From a virus (lineage: Duplodnaviria; Caudoviricetes), in the IMG/VR virus record IMGVR_UViG_3300042542_005523: a stretch of 64,000 nucleotides of DNA; one strand, 5' to 3'. The translations under genes were made by a program, and so were the position numbers. The notes below the pieces were generated by a model. It saw only the letters and a list, made by a program, of their open reading frames with translations, was not told where the DNA came from and made no database searches. Positions 31,702 to 41,429 of the stretch are shown here, piece by piece; the first letter of the stretch is position 1, and each line of letters starts with the position of its first letter.

Positions 31702-33384
31702 ATGATAGATTTAAGGCTTTTAAACATACAGGAAGGAGATTCTCAAGCAGACATTGCCAATAAGCTGAATTATAATTTTAATCAGATTATAAATGCTGGG
31801 GACGGAGCGTACGGGTCAGTTGGAATACCAGGAGCAGTTGGATCTTATGGTGCAACTGGTATCACAGGTCCTGCTGGATTCCAGGGACAAAGGGGTAATT
31901 TTTGGTTTGTTCAGGAAACTGGACCAACTGCTGGTGTAACCGGAGGTGATTATTGGGTTGATTTAGCTAGTGACTGCGAGGTTTTTGAATGGATAGAATC
32001 GGATGGCACATATAGCTGGGTCAGTCAGGGATTTTTACTGTCCCAGAGCGGTGTTTTTGAAATCGCAGCTTCTACTACAGGCCTTACATCAGGTTATCCC
32101 ACACAGGCCTATGTGATAGCTTTACCGTCGCCATTTGAAAAAACATTAGTTCTTTCAGGAGCTTCTGGTCCTAATGTTAAAAATCCACAGCTTTCTAAGG
32201 TAATGCTAGAAACAGGTGGAACAAGTGGATTTCCTCTTCTGGAGTTTTCCAAATATGATTACCAAAGCAATTCCCCTTTTAATTCTCTAACACCTAAAAT
32301 AAAGTGGTACACTACAAATACAGGTAGCTCCGATGCATATGGATTGAATTTTGAGGCAAGAGGTGGACTTGGATTTAATGTTGCAAACTTTAATGGCGTC
32401 GCATATAACGATGTCAGATTCACTGATGGAAGTATAGTATCTGGAATAACCGGAGCATTCTCTAGTGATCTTAACTATTATGCAGCAACTGGCGATTTTA
32501 GAATTGGCACCACGCTATCCATAAAGTCGGTAAATGCTGTGTGGAATAATGTTGGATTTACCGGACCCGTTTCTTTTTCAGCGACAACTGGGGTTGATAG
32601 AATAAATTCTGGTAGAAACACTCTAATGGTTCAGAATGGAATAACTTATAATAGGACTACCTCTTATACCACTGGTCAAAATCTATTAAGTGTCAAATAC
32701 ACTGGATCGTCTTCGTATTCTGAATATGGACCTTATCTAGCAAGTCCAAATAATTTTTATCTGGCTGATTCGGACGGTAACAATAAATTTGCTAAAAAAA
32801 CTAGTGGCTATTTCCCAAATCCTAAAACTGCATCCGGTAGTAATAATACGAGTTTCTATGTCTGGAATGGAAAAATTACAGGATCACAGGACGTTTACAC
32901 AGTGGGAGCAGCAATAAGTACAACAACAAATTCTGATTTAATGCGTCACCAGATTGGTGAATTTTTTCATCCTGATATATCCGGAGCTTCAGTGGGGAAC
33001 CAAGCACTTGCCATATTTGTACCAAATCAAACCAGTAATAAAACTGGATATGGATATCTAGTTGACAATAACCAATCTATGACATTTAGAGTTAATACAA
33101 CATCTAGTGGGTATGGATTTAACACTGTTATATTGGACTCAGCATCCAATAATCCCGCAGCATTTTTCAACTTCACTGCTTATTCTAACGTGAAAAATGC
33201 CGTTTTACTGGGCGATCTTGTAACAGGCGGGGATGAAAACACATACGCGGACCAATTTGAATTTAGTATAGTTAAAATGGGGACCGAACTAAAAGTATAC
33301 TTCAAAGCTTGGGGAGGGAATTTAAAAAATTACACTACCAACGACAGCGCTATTGTTTGCGGGTGTGTGTCCACAACTTCATAA
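31702..33384 (+). CDS. Tail-fibre-like protein, paralog 2
   Basis: DIANKLNYNFNQI, GIPGAVGSYGATGITGPAGFQGQRGNFWF, GDYWVD. Confidence 0.65.
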   Translation: MIDLRLLNIQEGDSQADIANKLNYNFNQIINAGDGAYGSVGIPGAVGSYGATGITGPAGFQGQRGNFWFVQETGPTAGVTGGDYWVDLASDCEVFEWIESDGTYSWVSQGFLLSQSGVFEIAASTTGLTSGYPTQAYVIALPSPFEKTLVLSGASGPNVKNPQLSKVMLETGGTSGFPLLEFSKYDYQSNSPFNSLTPKIKWYTTNTGSSDAYGLNFEARGGLGFNVANFNGVAYNDVRFTDGSIVSGITGAFSSDLNYYAATGDFRIGTTLSIKSVNAVWNNVGFTGPVSFSATTGVDRINSGRNTLMVQNGITYNRTTSYTTGQNLLSVKYTGSSSYSEYGPYLASPNNFYLADSDGNNKFAKKTSGYFPNPKTASGSNNTSFYVWNGKITGSQDVYTVGAAISTTTNSDLMRHQIGEFFHPDISGASVGNQALAIFVPNQTSNKTGYGYLVDNNQSMTFRVNTTSSGYGFNTVILDSASNNPAAFFNFTAYSNVKNAVLLGDLVTGGDENTYADQFEFSIVKMGTELKVYFKAWGGNLKNYTTNDSAIVCGCVSTTS

Positions 33385-33392
33385 AAAATAAA

Positions 33393-35117
33393 ATGAGATT
33401 TAGTAATAAGCAAATATTCACAGGAGACACTAAGGATCTCATAGTAGACAAGATAAACGAGAACTTTTCTCAGATTATTTCCTTTTCTACAGGACCACAA
33501 GGAAGATCTGGCTTAATAGGTCCAACCGGATATCCGGGTGGAGCTGGTCAACTTGGTGCTACCGGTGTAAGTGGACAGAGAGCATCCGATTGGACTCTTA
33601 GTGTTATGCCACCTTCTAATCCTAATGAATATGACCAATGGATAGATCAGGGTGTAACCGGTAATGGTGACATCTATCAATATGATGGATCTAACTGGCA
33701 AAGTACAGGAATATCCTTAATAGAATCACAGTTCTTTAAAGTTAAAAATGATATCCCTACTTTTTCAGCCCCAACCGAATATTCGGCGATCTATTTTACA
33801 GATCCTGATCAGAATACAAAGTCTTTGGTTATTTCGGACGGCGAGAACTCATCTAGCTACATAAATCCTAACTATTCAAAGCTTTTGGTGAGTACGAATG
33901 ATCAGGTAGCTACTCCTATTTTTTCTTTCCGCAAATCCAACAGCTCATCTACTTCACAGCCATCTTTTTACTGGGCTCAAACTGGGAATAATCCTAGGGT
34001 AAATTTCAATAGTAATTATGATTTAAATATATTGTCTAATAGCGGATCTCTACTAATCTATCCGCAGTATTCAGGATACGCTAACATGTCTGCTCAGCGA
34101 GCATATTTTAATGCTTATAATGATATTACGATGTCATCTGTTACTTTCTCTTCTACCGGAAGTCTACAAATACAGACCAATAATTATCAGCTCACAAGCA
34201 GCCAATTAAATGCATCAATGGAAACGTATGTGTACGGAGCTGTAAACATAGAGCCTGCAGCTTCTGTAGCGAGCAGAAAAGAGGGTGTAGTTATAAGCAG
34301 GGGAGCGACTTCTAGTAATGCGATATCTAGCTTCTATACAACACAATCTCAATCGGAGATTCAGAATCCGCCTTCTTCAGTATGGAGACAGGTTTTCAGT
34401 ATTGAACAATCAACTGCTATACTGGATGAGGTCGATCCGATAACAGATGTTACATACAGGGATGTTAGATCCAGAGCAGTATTTGGAGCCACTGGTGATG
34501 GCTACACCTCTTATAATATATGGACATCCGGTGTTCCAACAGGACCTACAGGACCTTTCTCCTATCATGTTGTAGGTAACACCTCGATTGCAGCTCAGTC
34601 TGGAATTTTTTATATCTCGTCTAAAATAATACCAGCAAATTTAAGATATTTCGCTGACGTTTCTTCCGTTTCTAATTTCTATACTGATACCATAACTTTC
34701 ACTTTACCTACTTCGTGGCTAGGTGGAAATTCGGTTTATGTAAAAATACCAAGGACTGTAACAAATCCGCAGCAGACTGAGGGATATCCCCTATACGGTG
34801 CATCCTATGTTAACGAATTCAGAATATTCCTTGACTATGGCAGTTTTACAAACGTTAACCGAAAGATAGTCGGTGTAGTATGGGATCAATTAACAAACAT
34901 ATCTGGAACGACACAGGCTACATATCAGCAGCAATTTGTTACTTTTGGAACACCCTGCTATTACTTTGATATAATGTATCATTATAACAATAACAATCAG
35001 GTTATGGCTTACGTGAAAACCTGCTCCGGACAAAGTTATCCTTTAAGAATAACAAACTACACATCAAAAGTTACGATTCTTTCTGGTGAACCAGCAGCTC
35101 TATTAAGCTTCCCTTAA
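33393..35117 (+). CDS. Tail-fibre-like protein, paralog 3
   Basis: LIVDKINENFSQI, GPQGRSGLIGPTGYPGGAGQLGATGVSGQRASDW. ATG 33393 is chosen by homology to the paralog starts. Confidence 0.65.
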   Translation: MRFSNKQIFTGDTKDLIVDKINENFSQIISFSTGPQGRSGLIGPTGYPGGAGQLGATGVSGQRASDWTLSVMPPSNPNEYDQWIDQGVTGNGDIYQYDGSNWQSTGISLIESQFFKVKNDIPTFSAPTEYSAIYFTDPDQNTKSLVISDGENSSSYINPNYSKLLVSTNDQVATPIFSFRKSNSSSTSQPSFYWAQTGNNPRVNFNSNYDLNILSNSGSLLIYPQYSGYANMSAQRAYFNAYNDITMSSVTFSSTGSLQIQTNNYQLTSSQLNASMETYVYGAVNIEPAASVASRKEGVVISRGATSSNAISSFYTTQSQSEIQNPPSSVWRQVFSIEQSTAILDEVDPITDVTYRDVRSRAVFGATGDGYTSYNIWTSGVPTGPTGPFSYHVVGNTSIAAQSGIFYISSKIIPANLRYFADVSSVSNFYTDTITFTLPTSWLGGNSVYVKIPRTVTNPQQTEGYPLYGASYVNEFRIFLDYGSFTNVNRKIVGVVWDQLTNISGTTQATYQQQFVTFGTPCYYFDIMYHYNNNNQVMAYVKTCSGQSYPLRITNYTSKVTILSGEPAALLSFP

Positions 35118-35151
35118 TATAAAATGTGATACTTTTAAACTGTAGATAAAT

Positions 35152-35430
35152 ATGATTGATTTAACAAAAGATGAAAGAGATTATGTGCTTGATCTATCTA
35201 GAACCTATAAGAAATTGCATTCCGAAATAGGAGAGATAGAGAAAATGATGAAGGATTTCTCAGAAAAAACTGAGATACTTATTAGGGATTTAGAGGGAAA
35301 AAGATCAGAGGAATTAAATTTTCTGGATCAGCTTTCTGAAAAATACGGGAAGGGACAAATTGACATTTTCACTTTGAAATGGAAAAAAATAGAAGAAAAT
35401 GAAAAATCTGAAGCAAGTTATCAGGGATAA
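35152..35430 (+). CDS. Small coiled-coil hypothetical protein
   Basis: Heptad-rich 92-aa ORF overlapping the next gene. Confidence 0.55.
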   Translation: MIDLTKDERDYVLDLSRTYKKLHSEIGEIEKMMKDFSEKTEILIRDLEGKRSEELNFLDQLSEKYGKGQIDIFTLKWKKIEENEKSEASYQG

Positions 35431-36262
35431 CGAAGAAACCGTAAAGGTAAAGTCTTATTCGTTTCTTAAAAGAAATGGTTTTGTTATAGCAGCTGTTATT
35501 TTAGCTTTGTTACTACTTAGACAATGTAACGTAAGCGATAGAATGGAAGCTGAGGTAAAAAGAGAACATAATAATTTATTGGCTTCTCAGGATTCAGTGA
35601 GATTCGTCTCCAATAAGAATGGAAATCTGGTTAATGAGAAATCTGCTTATGAACTAAAGATGTCTGAATTATCCGAGGATAACAAGGATCTAATAGAGAA
35701 GCTAGATTTATCTAAGAAAAAAACACCAGAGGTTGTAATACAGACCGTTGTTAAATATATTGATGTTTTTAGAGACGTACCAACTAAGGTACATAAAGAC
35801 CAGACCGGACAGGAGTATGTAACCTTTACTCACAACCCAACACTACCTGGTCAGAATTCATTGAAGATTTCTGGTAAGATCCCATATGAAATTAAGATAA
35901 ATCAAAATGAGGCCGACCCCAAGATTGTAAGCGCTAATTTAATTACCAATCCCGCGGAGATTAACATGGAACAGCAAATATCTATTGTTTCTGGACTTTA
36001 CAGAGATCCTAAAACTAAAAGGCTAATGACGAGAGTATCCACGGACTATCCTGGTATAACCTTTAGCGACATTAACTCATTTCAAATAAAAGATACACCA
36101 GAGAATAGAAAAACTTTAATGCAGGAAAGAAAGAGATTCGGTCTTGGATTAAATATGGGATTTGGTTATGTTGTAGGTGCAGGTGGCATTTCACCTGGTG
36201 TTTATATTGGTGCGGGATTTCACTTCTCTCCAAAGTTTTTGCAAACAGACGGTTTTAAATAA
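35399..36262 (+). CDS. Membrane-anchored coiled-coil protein, possible spanin-like lysis protein
   Basis: N-terminal TM segment GFVIAAVILALLLLRQC, coiled coil, C-terminal amphipathic beta-hairpin KRFGLGLNMGFGY...GVYIGAGFHFSPKF. Confidence 0.45.
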   Translation: MKNLKQVIRDNEETVKVKSYSFLKRNGFVIAAVILALLLLRQCNVSDRMEAEVKREHNNLLASQDSVRFVSNKNGNLVNEKSAYELKMSELSEDNKDLIEKLDLSKKKTPEVVIQTVVKYIDVFRDVPTKVHKDQTGQEYVTFTHNPTLPGQNSLKISGKIPYEIKINQNEADPKIVSANLITNPAEINMEQQISIVSGLYRDPKTKRLMTRVSTDYPGITFSDINSFQIKDTPENRKTLMQERKRFGLGLNMGFGYVVGAGGISPGVYIGAGFHFSPKFLQTDGFK

Positions 36263-36265
36263 TAA

Positions 36266-38050
36266 TTGATTAAAGTGGCTTATAGTACAACATCTAAATT
36301 CGTTCAGCTTACACCATATCTACTAATGGAGTGGATGTATGCGGATCAACCAAATCCTGAGACGTATCCGGTAAACACAGGCACTGTAACGGTGGGATAT
36401 AACAAGATGGTGAATGGATACATTACAGCCATTGTAAATAACTCGTCTATAGTTCCAACTAACCAGATCTATAATCTGGATTCTAATTATCCAGTGACAC
36501 ACAACACTGGTGAGAATAGCGTTGTGCAGATCTCGACCAACTCCTTTGTTACATTAGATCCCGGATTGATCATACCATTCAACGATTTCTCCGATGAGTT
36601 AACTCCAACTAACGAATTGGAAATTACGTTTCCTGGTAACATAGAGGTTGTCTACGATTCTATAAGATACCATATAGTTGCCGGCTATAACCTATCTAAT
36701 ATAGATGGTGTTATCTTAAGTGTAAAATATCAGGATGTCAATCAAACATTTGTGACATTCTCACAAGCACTTATACAGAAGGGGACTCAGCAATCTTATA
36801 CTCTTAACCCTAGTCCACTTAAGATAGGGGCTAATATCTATGATAGATATCTCGAGGTGAAAGTTCCTAGTTTGGTTGATATGAACAATAAATATCAGGC
36901 GGCTGCTTCCTCTTTCAAAAGCCAAACACTTGCAGCTCTAACCAGTCAAAGTGGAAGGGGATACGTATACGCTTCTCCCATTAGGATAGAGGTTTGGAGT
37001 GTAGTTAGCAAATCTGATTATCTAGGATACGAGAGATACGATTCTGAATTAATTTCCGCTCTCTCACTAGAGAGTGAGGATCCTTTTTCTAATATAGGAG
37101 CTGTTATTAAGGAATCTACTTCGGGACAATTTTTTGAATATTTTGCAACAGACAATGAGGGATTTGTAGAGGATTTTATACTTTTCCAAAATTCAATAGG
37201 AAATAATTACTACATCAATCACCAAATAGAAACACTAGAACAAATTGGTGTTGCGATTATTACTACAAATACTTTCCAGACAATACAGACAACGGGGTAT
37301 GACGTTCCTAATTTCTATCGACCTATAGTTAGAAATTCTGCGGTGGCTGCAAGCTTCACCCTCAGATACACAATGTCTCTCGTAAACACTGTTGATAATT
37401 CACGTGTGGTTAGAATTGGAACATATACGTCGAATAATCCGGGTCAATGGGGTCCAAATATTTCCCCAATACAGCTAAATACTTTTCCGCAGGTTATGAA
37501 GATCTATAACAAGGTCTATAATCAAGCGGCACTTAATATTCCTGGACAATCAAATCCAACTCCAACAGAGGTAGTTAGAACGAATAATCTTTTTATTAAC
37601 TACAGCAACATATCAACTACAAACATCCCTCTTATTATCCGTGATGGATCTATACAGAACGATACGTCTGCTGCACCAAACATTGCGCAGCCTTCTGGTA
37701 GATTGGTTGTAGATGTAACACCATTTGACAACTACTATAAGTTCAAGATGTATAAGAGCGGATCCGATGGTGCTCCTGTTGAGATAGATCTAGGTGACAC
37801 TAGTAATTATAAGATGGTGTTTATAGATAACACCGGAAAGAAACTGTACGTTGCTTCTTTACAGGACAAAAATCTAGCTAACCCATCTAAGGGTGAGGTA
37901 GCTTTCAGAATGGACGATTCTATATCTGGAACCATACTTCAGCTGAGGGATCGAAGATTCTTCATAACTCAAGGTGGTGATCGGGTTAGTAGTGTAACCA
38001 GCGTACAGTCAAATCCTAATGTGAACGTTACAGTTACTAGAAATACATAA
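36266..38050 (+). CDS. Hypothetical virion structural protein (594 aa, TTG start)
   Basis: Long ORF in the structural operon, beta-rich composition. Confidence 0.55.
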   Translation: MIKVAYSTTSKFVQLTPYLLMEWMYADQPNPETYPVNTGTVTVGYNKMVNGYITAIVNNSSIVPTNQIYNLDSNYPVTHNTGENSVVQISTNSFVTLDPGLIIPFNDFSDELTPTNELEITFPGNIEVVYDSIRYHIVAGYNLSNIDGVILSVKYQDVNQTFVTFSQALIQKGTQQSYTLNPSPLKIGANIYDRYLEVKVPSLVDMNNKYQAAASSFKSQTLAALTSQSGRGYVYASPIRIEVWSVVSKSDYLGYERYDSELISALSLESEDPFSNIGAVIKESTSGQFFEYFATDNEGFVEDFILFQNSIGNNYYINHQIETLEQIGVAIITTNTFQTIQTTGYDVPNFYRPIVRNSAVAASFTLRYTMSLVNTVDNSRVVRIGTYTSNNPGQWGPNISPIQLNTFPQVMKIYNKVYNQAALNIPGQSNPTPTEVVRTNNLFINYSNISTTNIPLIIRDGSIQNDTSAAPNIAQPSGRLVVDVTPFDNYYKFKMYKSGSDGAPVEIDLGDTSNYKMVFIDNTGKKLYVASLQDKNLANPSKGEVAFRMDDSISGTILQLRDRRFFITQGGDRVSSVTSVQSNPNVNVTVTRNT

Positions 38051-38061
38051 TAAATTTAGAA

Positions 38062-38670
38062 ATGGCATCATCAAGAAATCAGAACGGAATCCCCGCTAGA
38101 AGACAATCTCAGTATTCTGTTGTTGGCGGAAGGTCAACTCCACAGGTGGTTTCTACACGTCCTGATGCTTCTAGCAATCTGCCAATATCCGTTGTGTATT
38201 GGGGTTACTGGAAGCCAACAGGAACAACTTATACTATTCCCGGTTCTGCTATCGTAAGTGAATCGACACAGATCGGAGTGACAGCAGCAACAGGACCTGC
38301 AGCAGCACAGAGGGAAACCACTGTGTCTAGTCCTCAGGAATTACTACAGCAAGCAACTTCAGCGGGATCGTTCCTTTATAGCATAGGACCGCAAGCTGGC
38401 TTAACCGGCACAAGTGAAAATAACCTCACGAAGACACAAACAAAAACAGCAGCAGCTGCTTTCACAAACGCTGAGCTTGTTCAAGGTGTATCAGGTATAG
38501 TTAGCGCTTTTAAGTCCACTGGATGGACTGATGCTGCTATAATAACATATTTTCTAACCCCCGGGAATCTTGGGTATAAGCAATTCCCAGGATTGACCAC
38601 TGCTTTGTTTATTCAGGCTGCGGGGACTATAATTAATGTTAGTTCTCTTTTAACTCAAAAAAATAAATAA
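38062..38670 (+). CDS. Hypothetical protein
   Basis: ATG with AU-rich leader; low-complexity S/T/A/Q content. Confidence 0.55.
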   Translation: MASSRNQNGIPARRQSQYSVVGGRSTPQVVSTRPDASSNLPISVVYWGYWKPTGTTYTIPGSAIVSESTQIGVTAATGPAAAQRETTVSSPQELLQQATSAGSFLYSIGPQAGLTGTSENNLTKTQTKTAAAAFTNAELVQGVSGIVSAFKSTGWTDAAIITYFLTPGNLGYKQFPGLTTALFIQAAGTIINVSSLLTQKNK

Positions 38671-38676
38671 GGATAG

Positions 38677-39234
38677 ATGATTCTTAATTCCAAAGGTAGT
38701 AATTTTTACTTCGTCTTTCCGAAAGGATTTTTTCCGGAGAGTGTAACTAATAAATACCTTCCTTATTTAAGGAAGCAACCCATTCCGTATGATACTATTG
38801 CACAAATGATGAATAGTACGATACAATCTATAACCTTTCCGGAGCTACAGTCTGGTACCGTGGAGCAGACAAGATATCTTGGTAAGAAGCAAAGATATAA
38901 GGGATCCGTTCCAATACAGGATTTATTTACACAGGATTTCACTGTTTCGTTCAAACTCCTCGATGGCTATATTAACTATTTAGTTATGATGGACACATTG
39001 CTTTGGTTTCTTGATTTTAAAAATCCAATACAGTATGACTATGATCTGAGTATCAGATTGATGGATAATAGTGGTAATATAATATCTACCGTGGGTTTCA
39101 AGAATACTATTCTTACAGCCATCTCTAACCTCACATTAGGCTATACACAAAACTCTCCGGAGGTCCAAACTTTTACACTTAACTTCTCCTGTAACTTCAT
39201 TGAGATACATCTGGAAGCCAAAGAGGGAGTTTGA
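38677..39234 (+). CDS. Tail tube terminator / tail-tube-fold protein (T4 gp3-like)
   Basis: QSITFP...FTVSFKLLDGYINY...LSIRLMDNSGN...LTAISNL...FTLNF pattern of the gp3/gp19 fold. Confidence 0.6.
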   Translation: MILNSKGSNFYFVFPKGFFPESVTNKYLPYLRKQPIPYDTIAQMMNSTIQSITFPELQSGTVEQTRYLGKKQRYKGSVPIQDLFTQDFTVSFKLLDGYINYLVMMDTLLWFLDFKNPIQYDYDLSIRLMDNSGNIISTVGFKNTILTAISNLTLGYTQNSPEVQTFTLNFSCNFIEIHLEAKEGV

Positions 39235-39240
39235 TATATA
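39233..39240 (+). promoter_or_regulatory. Putative phage late promoter box GATATATA
   Basis: 20 nt upstream of ATG 39261. Confidence 0.6.
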
Positions 39241-39260
39241 CATAAAGAAATTTAAACAAG

Positions 39261-39503
39261 ATGAAGAAATTTTCAACAGTTAAGGAATTAAACGAAATGG
39301 AGTTTGCACAACCCCTTATAAACTCCAAAGAAAACATGATGGATCTGCTTGTAGCAGCTTCTGGAAATGATCAAAGAGTTTTGATTGACATTGTAAATTG
39401 TCTAACAGAGGATCAAATGAAGAAGTGCTACAATAAGCTCATTAAGGTTTATGGATACACTGGCGCAGCTGGACAAAGAGTTGAGTTGAAGTCAAGAGCC
39501 TAA
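39261..39503 (+). CDS. Small hypothetical protein with a weak capsid-targeting-like N-terminus
   Basis: MKKFSTVKELNE; preceded by a GATATATA box. Confidence 0.55.
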   Translation: MKKFSTVKELNEMEFAQPLINSKENMMDLLVAASGNDQRVLIDIVNCLTEDQMKKCYNKLIKVYGYTGAAGQRVELKSRA

Positions 39504-39506
39504 TTT

Positions 39507-40229
39507 ATGATTCTAGTAGGAATAGACTTTTCCTTAAACTCACCTGCTTTTTGTGTGTTAGCCGATGGTAAGTACCATTGGGGATCAATCACTAGGTCTG
39601 ACAGAGACCGTGATTCCCTTTTGAAGAACGCAAAGAAGCCTTATGCTGTTCTATCAGCTAGTTCCGATTTCAGAATAGAGTTCCTAGATAGAAAACCTAT
39701 TCCTGATGAATATTCGGAAAGGGAAAGAATAAAGATCGACTATTTCCTGGATGTTGTTCTGACTTTATGGAATGGCATCTGTGACATAATAGACAATAAA
39801 GGGGAAGAGGTTAAGATAGCTATGGAGGGACTTAGTTTTTCCTCTAATGGTAATGCATTGATCGATATATCAATGGCTACAGCGCTATTAAGAGAAAGAA
39901 TATGCAGCCACATAGGAAGCGATAATTTCTACGTTTTCTCTCCTACGTCTATAAAAAAATTCGCTTTAAAGGGTAATGCTAAGAAGGACGAATTATATGA
40001 GGCTTTGAGTACTAGAGAAAAAGACGGAACAAACTTGGATAATTTTTGTAGAATACTAGCAGATAACAAATCTGAATGGGTTACAGGAGCGAAAGCTGTG
40101 AATAAGCCGGTTGATGATTTAGTAGATGCAACTTGGATTTTATTATACTTAAGAGAAATATTAGAAGGTAAAAATGAGAAAAATTTGGAGAAAACTAAGA
40201 GCAAAAAAAAGAAACTGGCTAAAGCCTGA
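39507..40229 (+). CDS. RuvC-like Holliday junction resolvase
   Basis: LVGIDFSLNSPA, AMEG, SPTSIKKFA..GNAKK, DDLVDA acidic catalytic pattern. Confidence 0.8.
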   Translation: MILVGIDFSLNSPAFCVLADGKYHWGSITRSDRDRDSLLKNAKKPYAVLSASSDFRIEFLDRKPIPDEYSERERIKIDYFLDVVLTLWNGICDIIDNKGEEVKIAMEGLSFSSNGNALIDISMATALLRERICSHIGSDNFYVFSPTSIKKFALKGNAKKDELYEALSTREKDGTNLDNFCRILADNKSEWVTGAKAVNKPVDDLVDATWILLYLREILEGKNEKNLEKTKSKKKKLAKA

Positions 40230-40283
40230 TCAGCAGCGTTCTGCAGCTGTATCTAAAATCAATAGCGACTTATTAAATTTGGG

Positions 40284-40291
40284 AAACTCAT
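40284..40291 (+). promoter_or_regulatory. Bacteroidota sigma70-type -7 element TAnnTTTG (TAAATTTG)
   Basis: Matches the Bacteroidota housekeeping consensus, in the gap before the SSB gene. No -33 element confirmed. Confidence 0.35.
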
Positions 40292-40332
40292 CTAGAATGG
40301 GCCAAATTATTACTGTCCTTTGCAAAAGCCAC

Positions 40333-40345
40333 GAAACAAAAGTAA
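40333..40345 (+). repeat. 13-bp intergenic repeat GAAACAAAAGTAA, copy 1
   Basis: Identical to 46932-46944. Confidence 0.6.
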
Positions 40346-40382
40346 GTAATTAAACTTAAATAAAAAAAAACAATTAAAAATT

Positions 40383-41375
40383 ATGAGTAACTTGAATGAC
40401 ATTTTCAATCTTGATGGCGACATGTTCGTAACCAAGACAAAATCTGGAGAATCTAAGGATTTGGAATTTTACAAGCCGTACCCCGAGGATGGTAAGGACG
40501 GTGTGTATAAAGCACTTATTCGCTTCGTACCAAATCCTGCAGATCCTAAGAAATCTAAGGTCCATAAATACTATGTGTATTTGAACGACCCACAAAGCGG
40601 AGACGGCTTTTCTGTAGACTGCCCATCTACAGTTGGTAAGAAGTCTATTTTAAAAGACATCTTCTGGAAGCTTAAGAACTCTCACTCTGCTGCAGATCAG
40701 GAGTTGGCTAAGAAATTCTCTAGAAAGGAAGACTATTATTCCTTAGTACAAGTAGTACAGGATAAGAATAGACCTGAATTAGAGGGTAAAATAATGATCT
40801 GGAAATTCGGTAAGAAGATCAATGATATGGTCGAGGCACAATTAAAACCAGAGTATGGTGACCCATGCAACCCATATGACCTATTCGACGGTAAACTTTT
40901 CGGAGTTAGCGTTAGAAAAGTTGGAGAATGGAACAACTACGATCTTTGTCAATTTGTAGGCGAGAGAGGACCAATCACCATCGATGGTAACAAGATGGAG
41001 AAAACACAAGAGGGAATGAACAGTGTTCTTGAGTATTTGAAAACCGGTCCTCAGAATCTTGGATCTTTTGAATATAAGGAGTGGGACGATAATTTAACCG
41101 AAAAAGTAATGGGCATCATCAGAAGCACAGTACCAGACGGAAGACTTATCAATGAAATCGTTAGCGGTGTATCCAATGCATCTTCTAATGCTTCATCAGG
41201 ACCAGCTAAAGCACCTTTTAAAGAGGACAAAGCTACTAGCGAATCTTCCGACTTCTATGCTGAGGTAACAACAAACTCAGCTTCTATGAAGCCAAATTCA
41301 GATTTCTTAAAATCTGAGACACCTAAGAGTTCAGGTGGATCTTCTTCACTAGAAGATTTATACGCAGATCTATAA
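40383..41375 (+). CDS. Single-stranded DNA-binding protein (T4 gp32-like)
   Basis: ALIRFVP, YYSLVQVVQD..PELEGKIMIWKFGKKI, NPYDL..G, NYD; acidic Ser-rich tail ending LEDLYADL. Confidence 0.85.
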   Translation: MSNLNDIFNLDGDMFVTKTKSGESKDLEFYKPYPEDGKDGVYKALIRFVPNPADPKKSKVHKYYVYLNDPQSGDGFSVDCPSTVGKKSILKDIFWKLKNSHSAADQELAKKFSRKEDYYSLVQVVQDKNRPELEGKIMIWKFGKKINDMVEAQLKPEYGDPCNPYDLFDGKLFGVSVRKVGEWNNYDLCQFVGERGPITIDGNKMEKTQEGMNSVLEYLKTGPQNLGSFEYKEWDDNLTEKVMGIIRSTVPDGRLINEIVSGVSNASSNASSGPAKAPFKEDKATSESSDFYAEVTTNSASMKPNSDFLKSETPKSSGGSSSLEDLYADL

Positions 41376-41389
41376 GATTTAAAATAATA

Positions 41390-41424
41390 GCAACCGGGGA
41401 GCTTGAGTTCTCCGGTTGTTTTTT
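41390..41424 (+). terminator. Rho-independent terminator after the SSB gene
   Basis: 13-bp stem GCAACCGGGGAGC/GTTCTCCGGTTGT (with G-U pairs), TTGA loop, T-run. Confidence 0.8.
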
Positions 41425-41429
41425 GTCCA

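Noticed and set aside
37900-38220. Possible frameshift joining ORF 36266-38050 with 38062-38670 (PISVVYWGYW could complete the preceding beta-domain)
   Set aside because: The downstream frame is closed by TAG at 38038-38040, there is no slippery heptamer, and the second ORF has a normal ATG and AU-rich leader.
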